NCBI GenBank assembly: GCA_018829565.1
Contig: JAHJTW010000022.1
Location: 1-52,359 of the forward strand
From: a bacterium
GTDB lineage: Bacteria; Krumholzibacteriota; Krumholzibacteriia; LZORAL124-64-63
DNA: 52,359 nt
Reading direction: 5' to 3'
A program made the translations under genes and the position numbers. Below the pieces are notes generated by a model. It ran no database searches. It was given only the letters and a program-made list of their open reading frames with translations, and was not told the origin of the DNA. Below are positions 17,473 through 27,004 of the stretch, piece by piece (within the stretch, counting starts at the first letter, position 1; every line of letters begins with the position of its first letter).

Positions 17473-18807
17473 TTACGGACGCTCCTGGTTGTTCTCGACC
17501 TGACTCAGAGGCCCGGCGACGACGCGCTCGAGCTCGGCGAGGGCAATGTGGTAGCTGGCGAGGGACGCGATATGACGCTCCCGCAGATCGAGATAGGTCG
17601 TGCGGACAGCTAAAACATCGGTGAAGTTGAAGAGGCCTTTCAGGTAGGCACTCTCGGCGGTCGCCATGGCTTCCTCGGCGGCCGGTAGGATTTCTTCTCT
17701 GAGCGTGGTTGCGGCCTTGAAGGCGGCAGAGAGGTCAGCGTACGCCGATGCCAGCGCCGCCTGCGCGGTACTGGTTGCTGCCAGACGTTCCTTCTCGACC
17801 TTGGCCAGTTCGAGAGCGGCGGCCTGGACGTTCCCCTGATTCCGGTTGGCAACCGGCAGCGGAATCGCGATTCCGGCCACGAAGGCGTTGTCTCCGGATT
17901 CCTCAAGACGCCTGAATCCGCCAGAGGCGACGAGGTCGATCTTCCCCAGGGAACGCTCCAGATTCAGGGATGCCTCGCGCAGGGATTGCTCGGTCGCCCA
18001 GCGTGCGATGTCGGGGTTCGTTGTCAGGCGTTGCTCCAACATTGACGCCGTCGGGGGCGGTGCGACCTGTTCGAGGTCGCCCACGGCGCGGCCGTATTTC
18101 GGCTGGTCGGAACCCCATGTCGTCGCCAACCGGACCCGGGCGGCAGTCAGTGCGAGTGCCACGGTTTCGCGGTCCATTTCCGCGGTGGCCAGGGCGATCC
18201 GGGCACGCGTCCGTTCGATCGGCGAAGCTGCTCCGGCCTCGACACGCCGGCCGACGGCGACGAGGTCCTGCTTGGCAGTCTCGATCAGGTCATCCGCGAG
18301 CGCGATCCGCAGTTGAGCGGCGACTACCTCGACGAAGGCCCGTGACACATCGCTGAGGACCTCAAGACGGACAGCTTCGTAGTCCCAGGTCGCCAGTTCG
18401 CGTTCGAAGCGGGCGACTTCTCGACGATTGGACCTCTTGCCGCCAAGCTCGAACAGCTGGGCCACCGAAAGGGTGAGTTCGGAACCGCCGAAGCCCGACA
18501 GGTCACCGGATCCCGCGAAGTTCTCCACTTCGAAAGCGAGTTCCGGGTTGGGGCGCAAGGCGGCCTGGAGAGTGCGCGCATCCCGAATCCTGCGTTCGAA
18601 ATCGTAAACCGCCAGGCGAGGGCTACGGGTCAAGGCCAGCGCACCGGCCTGAACCGCGGTGATATCCTCGCCGTCCGTAATCTCCGGGACGGGGACAGGG
18701 TGAATGGCGGTGGTGTCGGGTGGCGAGGAATCGGCGAACACCGGCGTGACCAGCAATGTCACGATCGCCAACGCTTGCCCGAGGCGAAAGCGCCCAAGCA
18801 GTTTCAT
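17473..18807 (-). CDS. czcC: TolC-like outer membrane efflux protein
   Basis: Signal peptide, PNPEL..E.EN, ELGGKR..R, IPLPV.NRNQG.., AY..G....DVL. Confidence 0.92.
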   Translation of the reverse strand: MKLLGRFRLGQALAIVTLLVTPVFADSSPPDTTAIHPVPVPEITDGEDITAVQAGALALTRSPRLAVYDFERRIRDARTLQAALRPNPELAFEVENFAGSGDLSGFGGSELTLSVAQLFELGGKRSNRREVARFERELATWDYEAVRLEVLSDVSRAFVEVVAAQLRIALADDLIETAKQDLVAVGRRVEAGAASPIERTRARIALATAEMDRETVALALTAARVRLATTWGSDQPKYGRAVGDLEQVAPPPTASMLEQRLTTNPDIARWATEQSLREASLNLERSLGKIDLVASGGFRRLEESGDNAFVAGIAIPLPVANRNQGNVQAAALELAKVEKERLAATSTAQAALASAYADLSAAFKAATTLREEILPAAEEAMATAESAYLKGLFNFTDVLAVRTTYLDLRERHIASLASYHIALAELERVVAGPLSQVENNQERP

Positions 18808-18900
18808 GGTTTGAATCCTTTTCCGAGATCAGCGCAGCCTAAAGACGTGGCACGACGAATCGGCCCGACGAATCATCCAGGGTTGTCTTCAGCGGTGAGG

Positions 18901-19251
18901 CTAGCAGCGGAGAGGCGGAAAGCCGGAGGGCAGGGGCAGCGGAAGCGAGACGCACGGGTCAGCCACAAAGGGCGCAGCGTCACCAGGCGTCGAGGCGATT
19001 CCGCCGAATTCGACGAGAGCGTGGACGCTGGCATCTATGTCCAAAGACAAATCACCTTTGCACCGGCTGTCGGGCAGGGGGACCACGGTGATGTTGCAGG
19101 GGTCACTCGAACAATGAACTTCGTGTTCGCAGGGTGTCTCTGGACAGGAAGGGCAGAAATGGTCCAGAGCGCCGGCAAGGCATGCCGTCGGCGCCAGGAG
19201 GAGCGACCAGAGAGTCGCAATCAGAACTGTTTTCATAATGCCCATAGGCAA
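18901..19251 (-). CDS. Small exported Cys/His-rich protein, CzcI/DUF2946-like
   Basis: Signal-like N-terminus, HFCPSCPETPCEHEVHC..C motif, Pro-rich C-terminus; first gene upstream of czcC. Confidence 0.6.
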   Translation of the reverse strand: MPMGIMKTVLIATLWSLLLAPTACLAGALDHFCPSCPETPCEHEVHCSSDPCNITVVPLPDSRCKGDLSLDIDASVHALVEFGGIASTPGDAAPFVADPCVSLPLPLPSGFPPLRC

Positions 19252-19350
19252 TCAAGATACCTTCTGTCTTATAATTCGCAAGCTCGTCTTTCCGAACAGT
19301 TACGGCCGCTTGGACATCGCCGGGCAATATTAGTTCCCAATCTCCATTGA

Positions 19351-21801
19351 TCAGTTACGTTCAACATTCCACTCGATCTCGCGAATCGCCTCATGAGTCC
19401 GTCCCGCCCCGTATGTCCGAATGATCACCCGCAGATGGTCGTTGAGTCGCGCGAGCCCCGACTCCGCGATCTCCGTCGCCTCGAGGTAGGTCCAGGACGT
19501 GCCCGTCAATCCCGACTCGGTGTGAACCAGCGTGCCGAGCTCCCCGTAGACCAGGACGTCGTATTCTGTGCCCGGCTCGGATGACGTCGTCTTGCCGGAG
19601 TCGACATAGCTCCAGGTCCCGAGCCGATTCCGGTGCGACCAGGATACTGTCAGTTCGCCCGTGATGGACGCCGGGTAGCTCTCTCCGTTGAAGCGCAGGT
19701 CGGTAGGGCAATAGACCTTTACTGACCGCGCTGGCGTGGTCGCCACGACTTGCGATGTCGGGCACGACGTGAACGGAAACTCGCTCTGGTTGTTGTAGGC
19801 CTGAAATCGGATGTCGTTGTAGACGTTGATGGTCGGAGGCACCGGCCCGCGGATGTTCACGATCTGGTTGCCGTAGGAGATGAACCACACCCGCGTCCCG
19901 GCCGAGAATGCAGTCGGCGCAGTATCGAGGCACCCCCGCGCGATGACCTGAAGCGTGATGTTGCTCTCGCCCTGCACTACGTTCTGGAACGCGATGAACT
20001 CCTCCACCCCCTCATGGGCCACCCATGCGACGCTCACCCCGAGGGAAAAGTCGGGCGCGCTGACCGACTCGACGAGGTCGGTGTCCAGACCCGAGGCGAC
20101 GACGATCTCGCTCGTGAGTTCGTCGATCGCAGTGCTGAGAACCCCTGATGGAGTGAAGAACGGGATATCGACCGGTGGCGCCCAGCCGCCCGCGCCGTCA
20201 GCCACATAGGCCCGGTATCCGAGGGAGACCCCGGTCACCCCAGCAGCGGCGAGCGTGATGGCCAGCTGCACATCGGCACCTAGGCTTCCGTAATCCTTCA
20301 CCGCCTCATAGGGTGCGGCCAGGGCAACTTGGTCGGTCAGTGCCGGGACGTCACCGGAAGGGTCTTCCCAACCGGACGCTGGCGGAGTCGAGTAGCCAGT
20401 CCAGTCCACGGCGAAGATATCCTCCATGGCTTCGATCTCGATCTTCCCGGAGTCGAGGCGGCCAGTCCCCACACGGACCACCCGGCAAGCCATACCGGCA
20501 ATCCCCAGCGGGTCCCAGACGAGTTTGAATACCGCCCCGGGCCGGAACGCCCAAGCCGAGCGGTCAGCCTCGATGGTGATCGTAGCCAGCGGATAGGCCA
20601 GAGCCGCCAGGGCACGGGCTGCGGCCTGCTGGGCAGACGTCGCATTCGAGAGCCCACGAAGGGTGAGATCCTGGAGTGAGACCTCGCCGCCTTGCACCTC
20701 GATCCCAGCGAGGTCCTGGGCCTGGGCGGTCTTCTCGATGAACCCGGCGTCACGGCTGACGTAGCCGATTCGCACGGTGTTCTTGAGGTCACCCCACGAC
20801 GGCCGGGCAAACGACTTTACCGTGCACGAGTCCGCATCGAGCACCGGGATCGCCTCGGGATCGTAGTCGTACCGGACCAGGCGGATCGTCAGAAGGCCGG
20901 ACGCCGGTTCCACGTACATGACGCCGTCGACGTGGCGCAGGATCTCAAGGACGAGGTCCTTCGCTGTTGTGCCGCGATCCTGGAGCATGGAAAGTCCGAG
21001 GCCTTCGTCGGCCAGCGTCTGTCCAACCGAGCGAAACGCGGCAACATCCAGAAACCCCACCGGCAACCCGAGACCGTTCTCCGAAGACGGCGAGATCAGG
21101 ATGTCGTAGATCATGGCTGCGGGATTGGCGTCGCCATCGATGTTGTGGGCTCCGCCGGTGAGACCGAGGCCATTGGGGCAGCGCCGGACGACGAACGAGA
21201 CGGCCTTGATGTAGGGGCTCGTCCCCACGTAGACGCGCCGGAATACGGCGTAGCAGACCCTTCGCCAGGCGGGCAGGCTCTCCCCGATACGGGCCTCGAG
21301 GTAGGAGTCCGCCGGCTGGGTGGGAGTCCCGCGGTAGACGTAGACGCTGCCTTTGACGCCGCCTTCGGAGTCCTCGCCGCCGAAGAAGCCAGGGGCGTTG
21401 ATGCTGATCTGGGTGAGATCCGGAACGTGGGCGTAGCCTGCAGAAGGCCGCCTGTCGTCGAACCGGATCTGCAGGACCTCGTCGATCTCACCACTGCATA
21501 GTACCAGCTGGATGCCGAGGTAGTACTTGTAGCCGGTGGTGATTTCCTTTGAGGAGAACAGCCCCGTCTTGACCTTCTCCTTGATGGCCTGGATGCGCAG
21601 ATCGCCGTACCAGGTCACCATGGGTCCGGAGAGCTTGCAGGTCCCCCAGACGACGGGAATGGTCCGGCCCTCGCCGATCGTGGGGAACTGGAAGTCGCCG
21701 AGGCTGGACGGTGTCGGCTTGTCGAACTGCGGCTTGGGGCGCAGGACCTCGTACAGGACCGTGCCGACGATGTAGACCAGGGCCATGATCCAGAAGGCCA
21801 T
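19351..21801 (-). CDS. Phage tail tip / central tail fibre protein (gpJ/megatron-like)
   Basis: Start re-called at ATG 21801 (TGATG overlap); FQFPT..EGR.IPVVWGT, NPAAMIYDIL, F.PG.VFKL.W..LGI. Confidence 0.85.
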   Translation of the reverse strand: MAFWIMALVYIVGTVLYEVLRPKPQFDKPTPSSLGDFQFPTIGEGRTIPVVWGTCKLSGPMVTWYGDLRIQAIKEKVKTGLFSSKEITTGYKYYLGIQLVLCSGEIDEVLQIRFDDRRPSAGYAHVPDLTQISINAPGFFGGEDSEGGVKGSVYVYRGTPTQPADSYLEARIGESLPAWRRVCYAVFRRVYVGTSPYIKAVSFVVRRCPNGLGLTGGAHNIDGDANPAAMIYDILISPSSENGLGLPVGFLDVAAFRSVGQTLADEGLGLSMLQDRGTTAKDLVLEILRHVDGVMYVEPASGLLTIRLVRYDYDPEAIPVLDADSCTVKSFARPSWGDLKNTVRIGYVSRDAGFIEKTAQAQDLAGIEVQGGEVSLQDLTLRGLSNATSAQQAAARALAALAYPLATITIEADRSAWAFRPGAVFKLVWDPLGIAGMACRVVRVGTGRLDSGKIEIEAMEDIFAVDWTGYSTPPASGWEDPSGDVPALTDQVALAAPYEAVKDYGSLGADVQLAITLAAAGVTGVSLGYRAYVADGAGGWAPPVDIPFFTPSGVLSTAIDELTSEIVVASGLDTDLVESVSAPDFSLGVSVAWVAHEGVEEFIAFQNVVQGESNITLQVIARGCLDTAPTAFSAGTRVWFISYGNQIVNIRGPVPPTINVYNDIRFQAYNNQSEFPFTSCPTSQVVATTPARSVKVYCPTDLRFNGESYPASITGELTVSWSHRNRLGTWSYVDSGKTTSSEPGTEYDVLVYGELGTLVHTESGLTGTSWTYLEATEIAESGLARLNDHLRVIIRTYGAGRTHEAIREIEWNVERN

Positions 21802-22601
21802 CAGTCGATCCTCCCGGAGAAGGGGTTTCGGCCCGGCAGGCGCGACCAGCCCAAGTGGTTGATCAGGTTGCTGAACTTGTTCTGGCAGGTGGCCTCGAGG
21901 TGATCGCAGCCCCAGTAGGCCCACACCTGGTCGAGGGACGACAGCCCAGGCATCGGCGAGATCAGCGTGACGGTGTCGCCTTGGTGGTCGACGATGAAGC
22001 GGGTCTCGCCGGTGGAGGATTCGAGACGGCCCCCACGGAACCACTGGTCAGGGCGCAGGGCGAACCCGCTCGAAGTGACCGTCGCGCCCGCGACCGAAGT
22101 GACCGTGACCTGATCGCGGCACGCTCCGGGGTCCGCACCGCATGCCGCCGAGTAGAGCACATGGTTGCAGGGCGTCTGCATGGCCAGGATCGGCACCGTG
22201 CGCGCCAGCATGGCCATCAGGCTCGCGCCGGTGAGTATGGCCTCGGACTCTTCGAAGCGGGCGCGGATCACCTTGCCGCTGAAGATCGTCACCGCGAGGG
22301 ACTCCTCGCCGCGGTGGGCGCGGTATACGGTGACCCAGACCGGCGTGGACGGCAGGTCGCCGATGAACAGAGCGGCCACGGGGTTGGGCCGCGGCAGCGT
22401 CAGGTCGATCGTCTCGCCCGTGTCCTCCTGGGAGAAATCGAGCTCGCTGCGGGTGATGGCCTCAGGTGCGAACACTCCGGCGGGCAGCGTGATCGCCCGA
22501 TCGGCCGACGTGTAGAGCCACAGGTTGCTGCCCTGGGCGAACCGGAAGCCCTCGACGGGCTGACCCAGGTACCGGCTCTTCTCCCTGGCGTCGTAGGTCA
22601 C
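21801..22601 (-). CDS. Tail hub protein, DUF2163 / Phage_BR0599 family
   Basis: GTG start at 22601; QTPCNHVLY...CG, WFRGG, GCDH..ATC..KFSN..N..G...LP..NPF. Confidence 0.88.
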   Translation of the reverse strand: MTYDAREKSRYLGQPVEGFRFAQGSNLWLYTSADRAITLPAGVFAPEAITRSELDFSQEDTGETIDLTLPRPNPVAALFIGDLPSTPVWVTVYRAHRGEESLAVTIFSGKVIRARFEESEAILTGASLMAMLARTVPILAMQTPCNHVLYSAACGADPGACRDQVTVTSVAGATVTSSGFALRPDQWFRGGRLESSTGETRFIVDHQGDTVTLISPMPGLSSLDQVWAYWGCDHLEATCQNKFSNLINHLGWSRLPGRNPFSGRID

Positions 22602-23218
22602 AGCGGCGCCTCCAGGGGAAGTTCTCGGATGCGGATCGTGGCCTCGGCCACTTGCGGGCTCGGGTAGGAGATCTCGATGCGGTCCTCGTCCAGCCGGCAG
22701 AACTTCAGGAACGACAGCACGGTCTTGGTGCGGCCGTACTCGCGCTGGGCCACAGGGTCGAGGGTCAGGGTCTCGGTCTGGTAGTTCGCCACATCGATGG
22801 CGCCCGTGATCCTGCAGTAGTCCATGGTGCTGTCGCCGAGAGACCAGATGGCCAGGTGACGCCTGGCTCCGGTCGTGCCCCACATCTGCTGCTTGTACCG
22901 GACCCACCAGATCGTGGCGCTGGACTGGTTCTGGGAGACGTCTTCGGCCAGGGCCAGGTCCCACTGGAAGCTGGGCAACCAGAACGGGACGGCGCGGCCG
23001 CGGCGGGCGTCCAGGAACGTGCGCATGGCCGTGGTCTCGTCGCGGCCGAAGGCCGTCCAGGTGAACGGCCGCGATGCCGCAGGGGCGGGGGCCTGCTCGT
23101 CGGCGACGCGCCGGCCGGTCTTCGAGTTCAGGAGCGTGAACTTCCGGCGCAGCCGTTCCTCGAACGCGCCGATGCGGTTGTAGTTGAGTTCCAGCACGTC
23201 GTAGCCGAGGTAGCTCAT
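22598..23218 (-). CDS. Virion structural (distal tail) protein
   Basis: ATG 23218 with ATGA overlap; FLDARRGRAVPFWLPS motif of distal-tail-type proteins. Confidence 0.7.
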   Translation of the reverse strand: MSYLGYDVLELNYNRIGAFEERLRRKFTLLNSKTGRRVADEQAPAPAASRPFTWTAFGRDETTAMRTFLDARRGRAVPFWLPSFQWDLALAEDVSQNQSSATIWWVRYKQQMWGTTGARRHLAIWSLGDSTMDYCRITGAIDVANYQTETLTLDPVAQREYGRTKTVLSFLKFCRLDEDRIEISYPSPQVAEATIRIRELPLEAPL

Positions 23219-24291
23219 GGCCGGAACCCGTCGATGTCGAAAGTGAGCGAGGTGGATGCGATCGACAGGGCATCCCAAGTGAAGCCCTCTTCGGCCGACA
23301 GCCGGCCGACCACGATCGGTAGGATGATGGTAGGACCTGCAGCCCAGGACTGGATGAGCCCGAAGCTGAGGACCACGCGGTCCGGCAGCACGCTCTCGAT
23401 GGTCTGGACCTCCCAGTGGTAGGGGTCGGTCCACAGCAGGACCATGCCGCCGGGCTCAAACGGGATGTCGGACGTGTCGCAGAAGACGTCGTGGTCTTCC
23501 GCGCTGGCGTTCTGCAGCAGCCGGGTCTGGAATTGCCAGCGGCCGACGCCGAACGCCCGGGCCTGGTTGCCGAAGAGGATGGCGCCTGCCATCTGGGCAT
23601 CGCGCAAGTCATCCAGGAGCGTCGCGTAACGGATCGTGCCCACCGGCACGGTGCGCAGCTGGATGCGCTGCTCCATGCCGCGGTACGAAACGATGATGTC
23701 GGTCATGAACCCGAACGTCTCGCTCACGGGCTGCGCCCAGTTCGGAGGGAACGGGAACGGGATGAGCCGGAAGCCCAGGATGCGCAGGTTGGTGCCCAGC
23801 GGATCGAGCCCGGTGAACACCCAGGTGACGAGGTTGTCGATCAGGGCATCGCCGTCGGTGAGAGCATTGACCAGGTAGACTTCGGCGCGCGATGCCGGGA
23901 AGTGGGCCGGCAGGCCGAGGTGGTCGGTGACCTCGATCCCGGTGGGGCCATCGACGGTGATCTCCTCGAGGATCTGGGCGCGGTCGATGGCGGCGTTCCA
24001 GACTTCGACCTCGGCTTCCTGGTCCGATACCACCGCGCCGAGATCGATCCTGCGCGGGATGACGTGGACGCGGCCGAGAACGACATGGCCGTGGACAGGG
24101 GCCACGCCGCCGTCCTTCTGCATCGCGACAGGACGCGGATCAGCCAGCATGGTGCGGACGCCGACGCTCATCCCGACCCGCTGCAGGGGGCGGGTGCTGA
24201 CCGGATCGAGGACGGCCGCCCGGAGGTCGAAAGAGAAGTCGGTCCCGGAGACCAGGTTCAGAGGGCTGGGGACGGTGATCGCCGTGGCCAT
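23215..24291 (-). CDS. Virion structural (tail tip) protein
   Basis: Translationally coupled within the tail operon; FPPNW..PV.E...F.TDII.S..G.EQR..LR..P. Confidence 0.72.
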   Translation of the reverse strand: MATAITVPSPLNLVSGTDFSFDLRAAVLDPVSTRPLQRVGMSVGVRTMLADPRPVAMQKDGGVAPVHGHVVLGRVHVIPRRIDLGAVVSDQEAEVEVWNAAIDRAQILEEITVDGPTGIEVTDHLGLPAHFPASRAEVYLVNALTDGDALIDNLVTWVFTGLDPLGTNLRILGFRLIPFPFPPNWAQPVSETFGFMTDIIVSYRGMEQRIQLRTVPVGTIRYATLLDDLRDAQMAGAILFGNQARAFGVGRWQFQTRLLQNASAEDHDVFCDTSDIPFEPGGMVLLWTDPYHWEVQTIESVLPDRVVLSFGLIQSWAAGPTIILPIVVGRLSAEEGFTWDALSIASTSLTFDIDGFRP

Positions 24292-25364
24292 CAGGCGGCC
24301 TTCCTGACGGCGAAGAGCGGGAACAGCATGTAGTTCTGGCCGCCGAGTTGGTAGACGTCACCCGCGCTGAACCCGCGACCTACGGCCTCGGTCCACAGCA
24401 CCGTCGGCGGATAGCCGATCGGAGCCCAGCGGCCCTGGGGGACGGTCTCGACGAAGCAGTGCAACGGAAGCATGAGCGCCCCACCGAACGCGCTCTGCAG
24501 CGTGCGCTCACCCGGGCCACCGGAACCGTCGTCCCACAGGTACTGGTAGTTGACGTACTCGTCCTCTTCCATGCCGCCTTGGGCGGCCAGGCATTTGTTC
24601 AGGGCATCGCGCATGCGGCGACCGGTCCAGCCGTAGCCCTCGTTCTCGTCCTTGCAGTCGCCGATCCAACGGCCTGAGTACGTGGCCGCATCCACGCGCA
24701 CGAACGCCGTGCAATGGGTCAGGGCAGTCGAGCCGCCCATGGTCGAGTAGTCCTCGTCCGTGTGGGACATGGGCGGATAGGCGGTCAGGTCGATACCGCG
24801 CCGGTTGCCGGTCAAGAGGTCGGCGGTCTCTGCGGTGTTGAGCCGGGCGCTCGAGCTGGCGAAGAAGTAAGGGAACGGCTCGGGCAAGGACGCCCGCTCC
24901 ATGGATGGTCCCCACCCCATGTGGCAGTAGATCCCCGCAGCGCGCTCGACGACGACGGTGATGTGGTCGTTGCCGTCGTCGAAGAAGTGATACGCCGATA
25001 TCTGGCCTTGGGGCAGGTTCATGCCGCAGCCGGAGGTGGTCAGGTCGTAGGGCCGCGTGGGGCCTCCCGCTTGGGCGTCCCAGAAGCTCTCGCCGTCCCA
25101 GCCGGTGCCCAGGTACAGGCCGATCCCGTAGCCGCCGTCGCCCAGGTCGTGGTAGCCGCCGCTGCCCTTGGTCCAGAGCCGCTCGTTCTCCGCGGCGCGA
25201 AGGTTCACGTGCAGGCTGCCGGCATTCACCAGGTGGGCCCGCCAGCCGGTGCCTTCCTGCTCGGACTGGTTCACGGTCCAGCCCTGGGCCATGAGCCAGG
25301 CCACAAGCGTCTGCAGGAGGTTGGTGGGTGAACTGGCGAGTCCGGTTTGATAGGAGGCGGCCAT
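24291..25364 (-). CDS. Virion structural protein (tail tip module)
   Basis: Start re-called at ATG 25364 (MAASYQTG.ASSP..LL..L); TGATG overlaps at both ends. Confidence 0.7.
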   Translation of the reverse strand: MAASYQTGLASSPTNLLQTLVAWLMAQGWTVNQSEQEGTGWRAHLVNAGSLHVNLRAAENERLWTKGSGGYHDLGDGGYGIGLYLGTGWDGESFWDAQAGGPTRPYDLTTSGCGMNLPQGQISAYHFFDDGNDHITVVVERAAGIYCHMGWGPSMERASLPEPFPYFFASSSARLNTAETADLLTGNRRGIDLTAYPPMSHTDEDYSTMGGSTALTHCTAFVRVDAATYSGRWIGDCKDENEGYGWTGRRMRDALNKCLAAQGGMEEDEYVNYQYLWDDGSGGPGERTLQSAFGGALMLPLHCFVETVPQGRWAPIGYPPTVLWTEAVGRGFSAGDVYQLGGQNYMLFPLFAVRKAA

Positions 25365-27001
25365 CAGTCCAACCTCACGGCGCAGAAGTCGTCCCGGTCG
25401 TTGCGGAACACGTTGGGGACGATGATCCAGTCGACCGCGCCCTGGCGGATCAGGGTCTCGGCGCTCAGGTCCTGGCCTGTGATCAGGGCGATGCCCGGCA
25501 GCTGGCCCGGCGTGTTGTAGCCGTTGCCCACATCGCCGAGCATGACCATCACCGGCCACAGGTCGTAGGTCGCCCCAGGTCCCGGGTCGAGTTCGGACAG
25601 GCCGCATCGCGTGGGCCAGATGATGTGGTAGTAGATCTGCGGGGTGGACGTGATCGCATCGGCGAGTGAGCCCTCGACCGCCTTCCACCCGCCGTCGAGA
25701 TTTCGAACGCGCAACTGCGTGTCCCAGGGATCGCGCTCGCCAGTGCCAACCGGCGCACCTCCCACGTCAGCGTGGGTGAAGATGCGATGGCGGTTGTCGG
25801 ACAAGGACCACCTGTAGTCCGTGTCGTTCCAGGCGGAGAACTCCCCATGGGACATCGACCCGCCCAGGACCAGCGGATACGGCCACTGGCCAGGGGAGTA
25901 ATAGGGCTCGAGCAGGCCGAAGACCGCGATCTCGTACTGTGTGGAGATCTTGGCGATCACCACGGCCCGCCGGCCGTCGCAGACGAACCAGTAGGGGATC
26001 GCGGCGTTCCACAAGGGCAGGTAGAGGTTCCCCTGGAAGCCCACCTGCTGATAGAACGTCGAGCCTGCGAGCCAGCCGTCCATGCCGGCGATCTCCCAGT
26101 CGTAGTAGTCGGCGTCCTGGCGCTCGAACCCATGGATGCCGACGAAGATCTCGGACGTGCCGTCGTTGCCCGGGGCCTTCCAGGCGTACTCGTGGAAGCA
26201 GGCGTCGACGCCGTCCGCTTGGCGGAACATCCGCAGCGAGCCCATGTGCAGCTGGGTGTAACGCAGCCCGGTGATGTGCCAGCGATAGCGCGTCGCCGAG
26301 ACGGGCGCGGCGATGGTGAAGGTCTGCGGGATGCCGTTGTAGAAGACGATGCCCATCTGGGAATCGAGGGTCACCCACGCGCCCCCGTCCCAGTACTGCA
26401 TCTGCCAGTCGTCAGGCGCTTGCCCCGTGGTGTCGTGGAGCGTCAGTTCGTAGGCGGAGATGGTCACCGGCTCGAAGAAGGTGATCTCCACTTCCTGAGG
26501 CAGAGTGACCGTGGTGTAGATGTTCCAGGAACGGTTCGTCAGGCCCGAGACGTTGAACGGCCAGATGTTGAGCTTCCCGTCCACGAGGTTCTGGACAGCG
26601 TAGGTGCCATCGTTGCCCTGAGTGGCTTCGAGCCGGCACCCGCGGGAGCGACGTAGGCTGGTCCACTTCGGCGCGGTCGACAGGATGAACTGGTCGCCAG
26701 CGACGAATGGGGTCGTCCCGGCCGAGATCAAGAACTCCAGCGTGGCGTGCGCGAACGGCGTGCCGACCGTCGCGGGGCCGATCGAACCGGTCACGCTGCC
26801 TACCACACTGAACGACGTGGGCGATGTCGCCGTGATGGTGAAGGTCTCGGCCACGGACGACGCGCCCCCGGAATAGTCGGTCAGGCGTCCGTCGCCGGTC
26901 CCCGTATAGGCGAGCCCGAACGCGGACCCCTTCGCGGTCAGGAACGTGTGCAGCCGCTCGGCCAGGTCGTTGTAGTCAGTCGCGGTTCCGGTGGTGAACA
27001 T
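25364..27001 (-). CDS. Virion structural protein with an internal F5/8 type C (discoidin-like) domain
   Basis: MFTTGTATDYNDL..RL..FLT; internal VQNLVDG...EITFFEPVTISAYEL...APDDWQMQYWDG.AWVTLD...ATRYRW. Confidence 0.75.
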   Translation of the reverse strand: MFTTGTATDYNDLAERLHTFLTAKGSAFGLAYTGTGDGRLTDYSGGASSVAETFTITATSPTSFSVVGSVTGSIGPATVGTPFAHATLEFLISAGTTPFVAGDQFILSTAPKWTSLRRSRGCRLEATQGNDGTYAVQNLVDGKLNIWPFNVSGLTNRSWNIYTTVTLPQEVEITFFEPVTISAYELTLHDTTGQAPDDWQMQYWDGGAWVTLDSQMGIVFYNGIPQTFTIAAPVSATRYRWHITGLRYTQLHMGSLRMFRQADGVDACFHEYAWKAPGNDGTSEIFVGIHGFERQDADYYDWEIAGMDGWLAGSTFYQQVGFQGNLYLPLWNAAIPYWFVCDGRRAVVIAKISTQYEIAVFGLLEPYYSPGQWPYPLVLGGSMSHGEFSAWNDTDYRWSLSDNRHRIFTHADVGGAPVGTGERDPWDTQLRVRNLDGGWKAVEGSLADAITSTPQIYYHIIWPTRCGLSELDPGPGATYDLWPVMVMLGDVGNGYNTPGQLPGIALITGQDLSAETLIRQGAVDWIIVPNVFRNDRDDFCAVRLD

Positions 27002-27004
27002 GGC

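Noticed and set aside
11250-19360. IS or transposon boundaries around the czc cassette
   Set aside because: No transposase, terminal inverted repeats or target duplication found by eye.
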